Shown one piece after another: positions 54,041 to 64,000 of a stretch of 64,000 bases of DNA. The notes beneath the pieces are model-generated. The model ran no database searches. It was not told the DNA's origin and saw only the letters and a program-made list of their open reading frames with translations. Numbering within the stretch: the stretch's first letter is position 1; every line of letters begins with the position of its first letter. The DNA comes from Balanoglossus misakiensis (taxonomy: Eukaryota; Animalia; Hemichordata): the NCBI GenBank assembly GCA_040954595.2, contig CM082596.2, positions 3,961,025 through 4,025,024 on the forward strand, written 5' to 3'. A program made the translations under genes and the position numbers.

Positions 54041-55119
54041 CTCACTGGACAGAAATGGCAAGATTACTAAGAAATAGGTGGCGCACTTGCTAGTTGCATT
54101 TCTATGGTGGTTGTGTCCATGCGTGTCAATTTCGACAATCTTGAGTCATCTACACACACCGTTTATCCTATTAAAGAGTGAATCGGCATGGCAACGATAC
54201 GTGGACAGACTTGCCGAAGGCACTTCCCCTGCATTGCTGATTATCGAACACGTTAGTAAACTGATGCTATGACGAGTTTAAAACTTCGAATGGACCATCT
54301 GGAATGTATGTGTGTGATTGGCCTAAAGGCCCCTTGCTACTCTGAAACTATGATTAACTACATTAACAGTCCTACTGCCTATATAACGAATTGATGGAGT
54401 TAAACCCAAACACTGTTGGTTAGAAATACGGGTTTGTAGGCCTGTGTCATCCTTCTGTCATGGTACCAGGTAGGCAGTGAAAGAGCTATAGACTAGTATT
54501 TGATGATGCCTCTGCTCATCATACTTTTGTGATTAATGTCAAGGAAAATATCTATGGAGCTATGACAGATTTGAAGTGCCCTGATCACATTTGGATTCTA
54601 TGAAACCCTGGGGGAAAATCCCCTTTTCCGTGACATGAAAAGATGCACATCATATAGATGTGCAGTAAAGTTTTTGGTAATGGTAGTACGCATACTTGAC
54701 AGCGCCCTCTATAGGTCGGACTTGCTTGATCTTTCTTGAATAAAAACTGCCATATTCAGATCTATTACAACTACAACAGAACTAAGTATGTCCTTAGAGG
54801 AAGTTCCTTGTTTATAAGACACAATTCGAGCACACATAAATGCCTATTGCACCTACAAACTACCCTACATAAATGGAACTAGACCACTATTACTGTTCAT
54901 GTATTATTTGATCATGATGATCATAGTCCACGTCCATAGTCAGTGCACTATCAACTTCTTGATCAATAAATCCATATTATACAGAGGTTTCGTAGGGGAA
55001 AACACCATATTAAAATCATTTTTTGAAAACTTTATAAATTTACATCGCACTTTTATTGGGCTTCATGCTACATACATGTACATTTCATGTATGCATATAC
55101 AGTGTATGCTGCGCTGTTG

Positions 55120-55835
55120 CCTTACCTCGTCTTCTTGAACCAACATCCTCGAAGTGCGCCGTCATGATTCTCGTGGAGAGGGTCCTGATGAATGCGTATT
55201 TGAGTTTCTTCCAAAGTACGTGTAATGCCAGTCGTTCTTCTCGGCAGACGATGCAATGTTTTTGCGCGAAATGGTTGCATAGTATGAGTTATCATACTTT
55301 AATCGCGAAGTCCCCGCGCGCGTACATGTACCTGCTGCATATAAGGTTCATGAACCCGGGGATTTAGTTTCCACGATTTATAGTTGTAATGGCCCATAAA
55401 AAGTAACAAATCGCTCCGTCACGAGTCCATTATTTACACAAACATGTACAAAGTTTCGTATTTGTCTTGATGACATATTTTGGCGGTAATGTTTTCATCG
55501 CAATCTGGGCTTTGGCCTGCGGCGCGGCTACGCGCACGTATGCAAATATAGGTACCTCACCTTTATGTATATGACCAAAATCATCCACTTGATCCGCCAT
55601 GATTCCCGACGAACAATGGTCTTGCATTCATTCACACATTGCGCCTACTCTCAATACTTTTGTCTATGATTAGCGGTATTTTACTGGCTTGGTCCTGATG
55701 AACACGTCTGCTCTGGATTCCGCTTCTTCCACCAAAATGTCAGCTTCCTCTTCGTGTCTGCAGACGACAAAATGTTCTGCGCGTAGATTGCGCAGATGTC
55801 CGCGCGCGCGTACCTGCAGAGAGTTCACGACCTCC
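55120..55835 (-). repeat. Diverged CpG-rich tandem duplication (copies ~55120-55355 and ~55555-55835), each ending in a 40-nt ATG..phase-1 donor mini-exon
   Basis: Shared blocks ggtcctgatgaa (55181/55691), gcagacga..aatgtt..tgcgcg, cgcgcgcgtac and gaatcATG (minus strand); donors gtaagg (55120-55125) and gtgagg (55555-55560). Confidence 0.65.
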
Positions 55836-56251
55836 TGATTACGTCATAAAAAATGATAAAAAGTAAAACCGTGTTTTTGTTTTAATTTAGATAATAACCC
55901 TCCTTCTCTTTCCTGATCAAAACTCCAAAAAGAGTGAAACAAGAACTTTCCAGCGAGATAAACATGGGGTATCGGTTGTTCTCCAGAAACCAAAAATGAA
56001 ACATGTCTTTTATAGACAAAGGTTTTAAAGGTAAAGTTTTTATTATTAAGGGTTTCAATTGTTGTAAAATGCAACTGATACTTATAATAAAATAATTTAA
56101 TACATGTATCTATTAGAGTCAGATTAAGGCGCGCCCCTAACAACACGTGACAAAACACAAACTGAACATACGCCCCCAACGGCAAAACACAAAAACCTGG
56201 AATCGAAAAAAGAGGACACAAGGCCAAGTATATGATTAATTAGGATCAATT

Positions 56252-56257
56252 TTTATT
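56252..56257 (-). terminator. Putative AATAAA polyadenylation signal ending a ~2.5 kb CD63 3' UTR
   Basis: tttatt on + strand at the far end of an AT-rich, UTR-like tract (56258-58764), just before the CpG-richer block; inference only. Confidence 0.35.
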
Positions 56258-58764
56258 TGAAATACAGTGGAGTTTTACAAGATCTGGTTCAATTTTCATT
56301 CACTGCAGTTGTAGTGAGTTGTATACAAATAGGTTGATGTTGGAGCAGTACCAGAGGCTGCTGAATGGATGAGAGGTTTGTCTGGTTTGAAAGTGCTCTC
56401 ATCATGTTACAGCAAGTAACCAAGGTACAATTTTTTCTGGCAATATCCATGGTCTGGTGATGAAACACTAGTGATTGGTAAGAAAACTGCAGTAGAAAGA
56501 AATTTGTATACAACTATCACTAATTATGATTACATATCTAATAGTTAAAGATCATACAAGGTAATTTTTTTTCCTCAAATCATTTCATTGGAATCCTGAT
56601 TTTTTTCGCACACAGAGCATGCTCTGATTGTGTTTGCAAGAGCCATGGAAAGACCAAGCTTCTCAGGGACTTCCTTCATCGGCCAATCAGAATATGCCAA
56701 TAGGTGTCACATTGTCATGATTTGTCTGAGATCAGCCAATCAAACCTCAGAAAATATAGAACGGAAAAATGATACAAATAAACATGTCAGCAAGATGATT
56801 TTGTTGTTACAGAAAGACTATATGTAGTGAACGCTTGTACAACTTGTGTTTCAATCTGATGAAAGTACAGAAGTCAAATCCTTGCATTTTAAAATTCAAC
56901 TACATTATATTCACAGCAGATTTCATTAAATAACTCTCAGCTAATACAATGTCTTCGCTGAATATGTCACAGAAATATTGATTCCAGAGGGGGGAACTGG
57001 TGATAGCTGCTGGTCTGTAATTCTGGTGAATAAAAAAAATTCCTGACACCTTTTTAATTAGAGCCACAAAATCTACAAGCCACTGCTTTGATAAATACAA
57101 ATTCATTGACAATCTGTTTGTAATAATGACCTTGGAGTTGATGGATAGTGGGCATGCTAAAACAAGTCCCTTTTTTTTTGAGTTAATGGACTTTGGAGTT
57201 GTTGCTTCTGTTTTTGGTAGTAAGTTGACACGTCTATTTTGGGAGGCAAATGAGTTGTCCTACAGACTCTACAAGCTTCACAAGCTCGTTTTGAATTTTA
57301 GGTGGGCACAAATCACTATCAGACATGACACATAATAAGTAACTAACTGTGATACAAAAATACAGTTAACAAAAGAATGATTTTTCTCATATATCTGAAG
57401 TTTGAGTACAAGTGAAATGTGTTTAAACCTCATTTTGTAATATTTTTAGCATCTTATGTCACCAAACCCCTTAACTCTATAAAATATTATATTAAGTTAT
57501 CCTAAAATATGTTAGTTTTTTTATGTTGGTGTGCATATTGAGGTGTTTCCAGGGGACAGGAAATAGTATAAGACCGTCCACGTAAAAATCACATACTTCA
57601 GAAGAGACATTGCACATGATTGGCTGCAGAGCAGCTATGCAGTAATAATCCTCCACTGGCAGATGTTGTTCTAAAGCATGTCCGCATGTGTTTGATACAA
57701 CTGACATGAGCGGTTGAGAGAGCCTGAATTGTGCTTTGAATGCCCAATCACAGTTGCTGATCAATTGTCCCAATCCCCCAGAAACAGGAATCTCAGAACT
57801 CACTACATTCTTATTACTATATGAAGAGAAAATATCAATGTACAATATCTACACAACTGGAGAGAATGCCTACGTGAACATAAGTTTTCATTGACAAAAT
57901 TTCAGTTGTTCACATTTCCACTGTTTAGCTCATATGCATCTGCGCAATGCATCATATTTTTTTCTTCCATTTCTCTTTTTGTCTGCATTTGTTCTGCTCT
58001 CTACAATAAGCTTTCCACCGGATTGCTACAGGTAGTACAAATGTGTTCAAGTCGGTAAGAATTCTCATTAGTATTTTTGGCAGCTATCTAAGTGTCCACA
58101 AGTAACCTTTGACCCTAAAATGACCCACGGTAACTAACCAATGGGTGAAAAAAAAAACATTTTTTTTTATTCTTACATTACTCCAGTGAAAATTTATTCT
58201 AAGATATATTTAATATTTCTGACACGTGCAGCTACCCATAGTCTCTACAGATAACTTCTTAGAACTGATCTAAGATGGTACAAAAAGCTGAAGACTAAAT
58301 TAAAGAAAGTTGTTTGCTGGACTAAGCTGACGAACAAAATGATATGTTGTGATTTGTTTTTGTTTTTTCATGGTATAGATGACTGCCATGTTAAGAAACT
58401 TACAGTGTGTGTTGCAGCTTGGATTTCTTGGTTGTTTTGTGACATTTAATAATGTCAAACTAAGAACATTCAGACAGGCAGAGGGGGGAGGGGACAAAAT
58501 CTTAACATCTCAAGATTTGAAATTTAATTCTTTGCAAAAAGCACATGTCACTTAGAAGATCTAGTTTGGACTTTTTGAATTGGTCGTCTGTCTATCACAC
58601 ACTGTGAGTTTCATGGAAAAAAAAATTCAAAGCAAGAAAGGTAGATAAAACTGATGGCCAAATGGTGCTCCATGACAGTTTTATAATTTAAACAGAAAAA
58701 GAGACTGTTGCCATGGTGATGACCTTCCATGGCCTTAGCGGGATGATTGACAGCTGGGTTGGTG

Positions 58765-58830
58765 TTATACTACTTCATATTCACTCTTGATAGATCTCAT
58801 CAAGCAGCAGGCACATATGATACCCAGCAA
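58765..58830 (-). CDS. CD63: CD63-like last coding exon (66 bp): LLGIICACCLMRSIKSEYEVV*
   Basis: Acceptor tcatttcag; juxtamembrane Cys cluster, YEVV sorting motif and TAA stop. Confidence 0.94.
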   Translation of the reverse strand: MLGIICACCLMRSIKSEYEVV

Positions 58831-60304
58831 CTGAAATGACAAACAAAAAATAAAGATCGTGAGAATTGAAATTATCGAGGAGCGAGACCGGGTGGTGAGC
58901 TTGGGGTTTGCAGATGCAAAATTTTTCTCAGGACAGAGGCAGATTAATGAAACTCTCTGTGAAGGGGGCTTGACCACAAAATGACCATAGGTGGCAAAAC
59001 TTGACAGTCTGCAATCATCTGACTCACCTCCACAACAGCAATACCGATGGCCACACCAGCTATGATTGCAAAGTTGTCCACTATCGCAGATTCCAATTCC
59101 TGTGTGCAACCCTGGGAACAAAACAGTGAATGTGTTTTTTTAAAATTCTGTTTTTTATCTGCCTGACATCAAAAATGATTCAGAGGAAAACTGACTTGGG
59201 AACCACAATAACGCCTCTGCTATCTACTAGATGTAATATGACTGCACTGATATAACAAAGGGAACCCTGGTAACATTTACCTGGGTACCGCCCTTAACAA
59301 AAACACTGCCCACACTATATCTAAATCATCTCAAATAAACCTACCGTTTGGTAGATTTGATCGCTTGTTGGCTTAGTTCCTGCTGCAGCCCCGCATCCAA
59401 CGGTCTCGTTGACACAACAGGAGTCCGGTATGGTGACGTTGTCAAACTTCAGCCAGTCTGTGTAGTTATTGGCTCCGCAGCACTTAATCTGTGGGACACG
59501 GAGAAAAGGTCAGATTATTAAAACTTTCGTGTGTTTGGTACGGGACAAGTACTACTATCACCCAATCTAAATGTTTTTGTTGATCCACTAAGCTTGATAT
59601 CATAATGGTGAGTTGTAACCTCATCGTGATAAATTTATTGTCAATGTCAAGTTGAAATGCTACACAGAGGACAGGGGTGCAAATGACTGTTTTGTGAGCG
59701 AGCTTAACCTACCTCGCTCTGTAAATCATCATAGTTAGCAATCACAGCTTCGTTGCCGTCCACATAGTCTACTTGGGCATCCAACAATCCAGTGTTGATG
59801 GCATCATAGATGTCATCCTGAAGGACGTAGCCTGCAATGATGGCTGCAATCTCCAGTAACAAGATGATCACCAAAAGAACTGCGAACTGTCAAGGCAAAA
59901 TAAAAATTTACAAGCTGTTTGATTGGTGTCACTTGTTCGAGCTGGCCCATCACACTGAACAGCGCCCTCTGTGGGTAATATAAACACTTCTATTGAATAA
60001 CTCATAAGTCTACTGGTACTACAAATTTTCCAATGTAACATTTTTATTTGACTAACAGCACATTCGTAGACTTTTCCACTGGTGGAAATAAAAATTCAAG
60101 TTGTGAAGTACTCACTGTTGTGACCATGCAGTAATTCTCCTTGATGGCCCCACAGCATCCGAGGAACGCAACCACGAAGACGATGCAACCAACAATAATG
60201 ATGTAGATGGGAAGTCCCGAGAACAAGCCACCCGTTATGCTTGTGTACTCACTGTATTTGGCTTGGGCAAGCGCTCCAATAATGATCAGAAGGCAACCGC
60301 ATAG
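58765..60304 (-). CDS. CD63: CD63-like tetraspanin, spliced CDS, 5'-partial: join(complement 60116-60304, 59713-59886, 59345-59488, 59028-59111, 58765-58830)
   Basis: Manual splicing gives one open frame with GT-AG introns, all phase 0 (229, 224, 233, 197 bp). Tetraspanin hallmarks: TM2 'FLGCCGAIKENYCM', TM3 'LLLEIAAIIAGYV', large loop with CCG, PDSCC and two GC motifs (6 Cys), and a C-terminal YEVV (YXXphi; human CD63 ends GYEVM). The first coding exon (start and most of TM1) was not found in 60305-64000. Confidence 0.93.
59028..59111 (-). CDS. CD63: CD63-like exon (84 bp): GCTQELESAIVDNFAIIAGVAIGIAVVE
   Basis: Acceptor ttgttcccag, donor gtgagt; last loop Cys and start of TM4. Confidence 0.93.
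59345..59488 (-). CDS. CD63: CD63-like exon (144 bp): IKCCGANNYTDWLKFDNVTIPDSCCVNETVGCGAAAGTKPTSDQIYQT
   Basis: Acceptor cccacag, donor gtaggt; CCG and PxSCC motifs; N-glycosylation sequons NYT, NVT, NET. Confidence 0.95.
59713..59886 (-). CDS. CD63: CD63-like exon (174 bp): FAVLLVIILLLEIAAIIAGYVLQDDIYDAINTGLLDAQVDYVDGNEAVIANYDDLQSE
   Basis: Acceptor ccttgacag, donor gtaggt; TM3 with conserved E and the start of the large extracellular loop. Confidence 0.93.
60116..60304 (-). CDS. CD63: CD63-like exon (189 bp): LCGCLLIIIGALAQAKYSEYTSITGGLFSGLPIYIIIVGCIVFVVAFLGCCGAIKENYCMVTT
   Basis: Acceptor cttgacag, donor gtgagt; end of TM1, small loop and TM2 with the GCCGA.KEN motif. Confidence 0.95.
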
Positions 60305-63300
60305 CTGTCAAGATTAATAAAATAAATCATTATTTTAATTGAGCGTACAGAGTATATTATTTGCAATGGGATAATTGGGGGGGGGGAATGTAATTCCTTA
60401 TGAATGTTTTACTATGATAATGAACCATCATTGGTATAGAGATCACACTGAACATTATATGTGACTCAGGAAAAGTGGGTGTGTTGTTTTATATATATTG
60501 TAAATACATGTACATGTACATGTAGATTTTACGTTCATACATAGCACATAGCACTGATCTGGTGCGTGTGTGGGTGTGGACTGTATGTCCAGTCAATGGC
60601 CTTAATAAACCCCTCATGAATATTCACATAAAATGGGAGTTGGCTCACTGCTGGGACTACTTTATGGAGTAAATTGTACAATTTCAGATGAACATTCCAC
60701 AACAGAAAGAAACTGCAGCAAATTAAAACTATTATTAATAAATATTCTTTCGTCAATTTTAGAGATTTTCAGTACGGCAAGTCTCATGTGGGGAAAATAC
60801 TGAAAATTTTTATTACATAACACTGGAACAATTTACACCTCAACCAAGGTTCATAAATTGACTCTAAAGTATTCCATGCCAATCTGTAATCTACGGAAAA
60901 AAAACAAGTACATAATGTATCGCCAGTGCAAATAAACTAGGTCAATGTTGAGTGTGTCTTTAAGCCATTTAAGCCTCAGAATCCCTTCAATCAACCTCAT
61001 AAAATTTCCATTAAGTATGGAATATGTATGAGAGCTGAGTTATTTGTCTACTGCAAAATATATGCGTCATATGAATTTGGTGTAAATGATACCTAGAACA
61101 GAAAACATTTAGTATTATTACTGCTATTACTTATAAACGGAGTGGAATTAATTCAGTGAATAAGTGGAAATGGTCGACCGTTTTTTTTTAATCATGCATA
61201 TTGCAATTAACAATAATAACATGTTGTGGCATGAAAATTGTCATCAAGTTCTGTACAATGTTAGTATAATTTCAAATATGCTGACGAGCTTGTAGTATAC
61301 TTGATACAGGATCGAATCGTTTCCCTGCGAAATATAGCACAAGAAAGTGACCCAAATTGTCCCTTTTATGACTTCGGAAGGAGTTCCATACACAAGGACT
61401 CGTTCATACTTTATAACCCATGATTTACTAGCTATGCGAAGTCTTAGACTTAAGACGATGCCGTGGGTACTTTGCATATATACCTGTAACAACGGCAGTC
61501 ATTGTATCGCGGACACACTGAACCCCTGAAAAAAAAAGGCTTGGTCTGTTAAACAAACGCAGCCAAGCCTGCCTTGGCCCAAGACAGGTCTAGCTATTCA
61601 TGGAGTCTTACAATAAGGCCTTTATCACAGATCTTGGGGAGAGTGAGAGACAGTGCTTGGGGGAGGGAACATTGTTTTACAAGAGCACAGCGTATGGAGA
61701 CCATTGGTCTGTCATTCAACAATCCCGAAACGCAGCCGACAAGCTCGGGATACAACGTGACCATTGTACCTGCCAGTTGTGAACTGTGGTAGATCAAATT
61801 CCATTGTCTCTTATTCTCACCTGATCACTGAACTAAAATATCATTCAGTCCGTTGGATGCCAATGGAATGTCATTAGTCCAACTTGAGAATATGTTTTAG
61901 CAGAGGCGTTGCAAAACTAGCACTAGCGGATAAAAATTCACTTTTGCACGATAGCAAAGTTAGAAATACATATCGGAATATTACAACAAGGCGTGGCAAA
62001 CTGTGATCGGAACAACGTTGTAGCAACCAGACATATTGACAAAAATGTACGCATATTTCGCTGGCCTGAAATAGAACGTGATTGCTTTCCGCCATGTTGA
62101 TTCATGTTGTGTACACTTTAAAAGTTGCTCTGGATATAGATGGAATGCAATATTTTAGATGAGCATGGGAGACCCTTAGTAACGGGTGTGAGAAACTTTA
62201 GCCATTTGGGGATGAAAACAGATCTACAGTAATTAAAGGTTCTAACAAAACATTTTTAATGTTCTCAAAAGGTGAACATATTTCATGTCATGCTAAATTG
62301 TGCCCCATTTAAAATGACCTTCTTAACAATGCCCAATCTAATCGGATCCAACTTCTGAAATTTGTTCCTTAAAATATCTCTCTAATCCTCTCCATAGAAA
62401 AATTGGTATTTATATCTGTGTAAAACGGAACACCTTGCTTGATACAGTATAAACATAATTAAATACGTGTGTATATACCGAAGAATCACAAACTGATGTT
62501 ACTTTCAACCACAACGCAGAAAGAATTCAAAAATTAAGAATATGCGTAAATATCCAAGGTAGTATATCAATCAATGATTTATTACAAAATGTAAAATGTT
62601 TATTGTACTTATTATCATTTGCATGACTGCATGATACACATGTGCATGAAATCTTTTTATTAAACATCAAGGGCGATAATCATGGAGTAAATCCTGATAG
62701 ATGATCTCTCATTGTGGGTTGGTTGACATGAAAATACAAGGTCCCTGCAATTGTTTTCATGTTTTTTAGAGTCAAATAAAATACTTTCAGGTGAAAATCA
62801 ATTAGCTTTCAATCTTTTTCATTCTGCTGTTTTAGTGGTTATTTTGTAAAAGACAAAAAAATACAGCGGTCACTATCTTTTTATCAAGGAAACTCAGAAG
62901 TTGATTCCCAGTGACCAAATAGTTTGGCTCTCACATCCTATTTTTTTTTATAGTGACCCAAAAGGTGCAAGTCTTGTTGAGCCTGGATGTTTTAGATTTC
63001 CATCTTCACATCGATTTGTTGGAAAAGACATCTACAGACACCTACCAGCAAAAATGCCAGGATGTCCGGTTTTGGATGCAGCATCCAAAAGGTCAATTCA
63101 CAAACTATAAATATCTCCAAACACTGAAAGTTATCACATTGTAACAGGGTGCTATACTCTGACAGTAGTATTAATTAAAACCCATACATGAATTGATCCA
63201 GTAAAATTTGTTGCAAATACTGCATATTACATTTGGATTAACTCGCACATCATAAATAATCTTAGTCATACGTTGTTTGATGCATCAAGATCTATAAATA

Positions 63301-64000
63301 AATGCCATTTAAACTTTTTTATCTACGATGTCCTGTCAACAGATGTTGAGATGAGAATGACGACTATTCTAATTTATTTTTATCTTCAATCCAATGAGTT
63401 GTCCTGAAACAATGCATGTGTCAGCACTACACGTATACAAATACTATTAATAAAGCAGGATGTGCTACCAATATCTAAATAAATCCTCTAATAAGATCCT
63501 TTTTATTGAAAAATATGGGCCTTTCTAATGAAATATTTTATTGAGACAATTATTAACAGATGGTCTTATAAGACACTGTAAACAATATTATGGCAGCATT
63601 TGAGTTGTCATGGTAGTACCAGCTTAACAAGAAAAATTCTTTAGTACAACAAATTACAACCAAAATTTATGGTTTACATTTCCAAGTATTCAGCCCCAAC
63701 AACTTTTCTGTGTCTACTACTACTAGTAGAGATCAATATTCCACATTTAATTGCAATGTATTTTGAAAAATGACACATAATGTTTAAAATGGGAAGTTAT
63801 TAGACCCCTATTCCTGTTTATTGAGACACTTACACATGGGTTCAGTGTGACAGTCAGCTGACCGAGGTGTAACAGATCACAAGTGACTCACGATCAGCTG
63901 ATTAAGAGGCTAACACTAGAGAACGTCATTTTCAAAAATAGACATGCACTGGTAAATATTTATCAAGATCCACAGGTGTCTTGTGTATTGATCTGGTCAG

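Noticed and set aside
55181-55710. CTGATGA motifs as hammerhead ribozyme cores or snoRNA C boxes (also ~48069, ~18789, ~39226)
   Set aside because: No stem II plus GAAA core and no convincing terminal stem or D box arrangement.
58765-59121. 118-aa ORF from the track
   Set aside because: Read-through of intron sequence; only the last 21 codons are real CD63 coding and the 84-bp exon is in another frame.
60535-60756. KEYLLIIVLICCSFFLLW as the missing tetraspanin first exon
   Set aside because: No ATG, no conserved FN motif and no donor at the right position; AT-rich intron noise.
1-64000. CRISPR arrays, operons, rRNA or tRNA genes
   Set aside because: Eukaryotic intron-rich DNA; no regularly spaced repeat-spacer array or structural RNA signature seen.

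Overview
AT-rich, intron-dominated eukaryotic DNA, probably a marine invertebrate (inferred from composition and repeats). The supplied ORF track is almost all noise. The one firm gene is a minus-strand CD63-like tetraspanin: five coding exons at 58765-60304, all phase-0 GT-AG introns, with the first coding exon not found in the window and a probable ~2.5 kb 3' UTR. Downstream, a second unidentified minus-strand gene starts near 54 kb with an ETS-type promoter, two uORFs and a signal-peptide exon (53812-53887) ending in a phase-1 donor. No shared second exon was found in the remaining ~54 kb. That region and its upstream flank hold further candidate first exons that also end in phase-1 donors: a convincing second signal-peptide exon with its own Inr/CCAAT promoter (39217-39337) and weaker non-signal candidates (55561-55600, 55126-55165, 48008-48044, 9990-10095). 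This suggests a variable-first-exon locus, the most interesting feature here, but it needs RNA evidence. The intron also holds two intact MITEs, short hairpin MITE families, microsatellites, and heavily decayed Crypton, hAT and Gypsy-integrase relics recognised by eye. No rRNA, tRNA, CRISPR or prokaryote-type system is supported.
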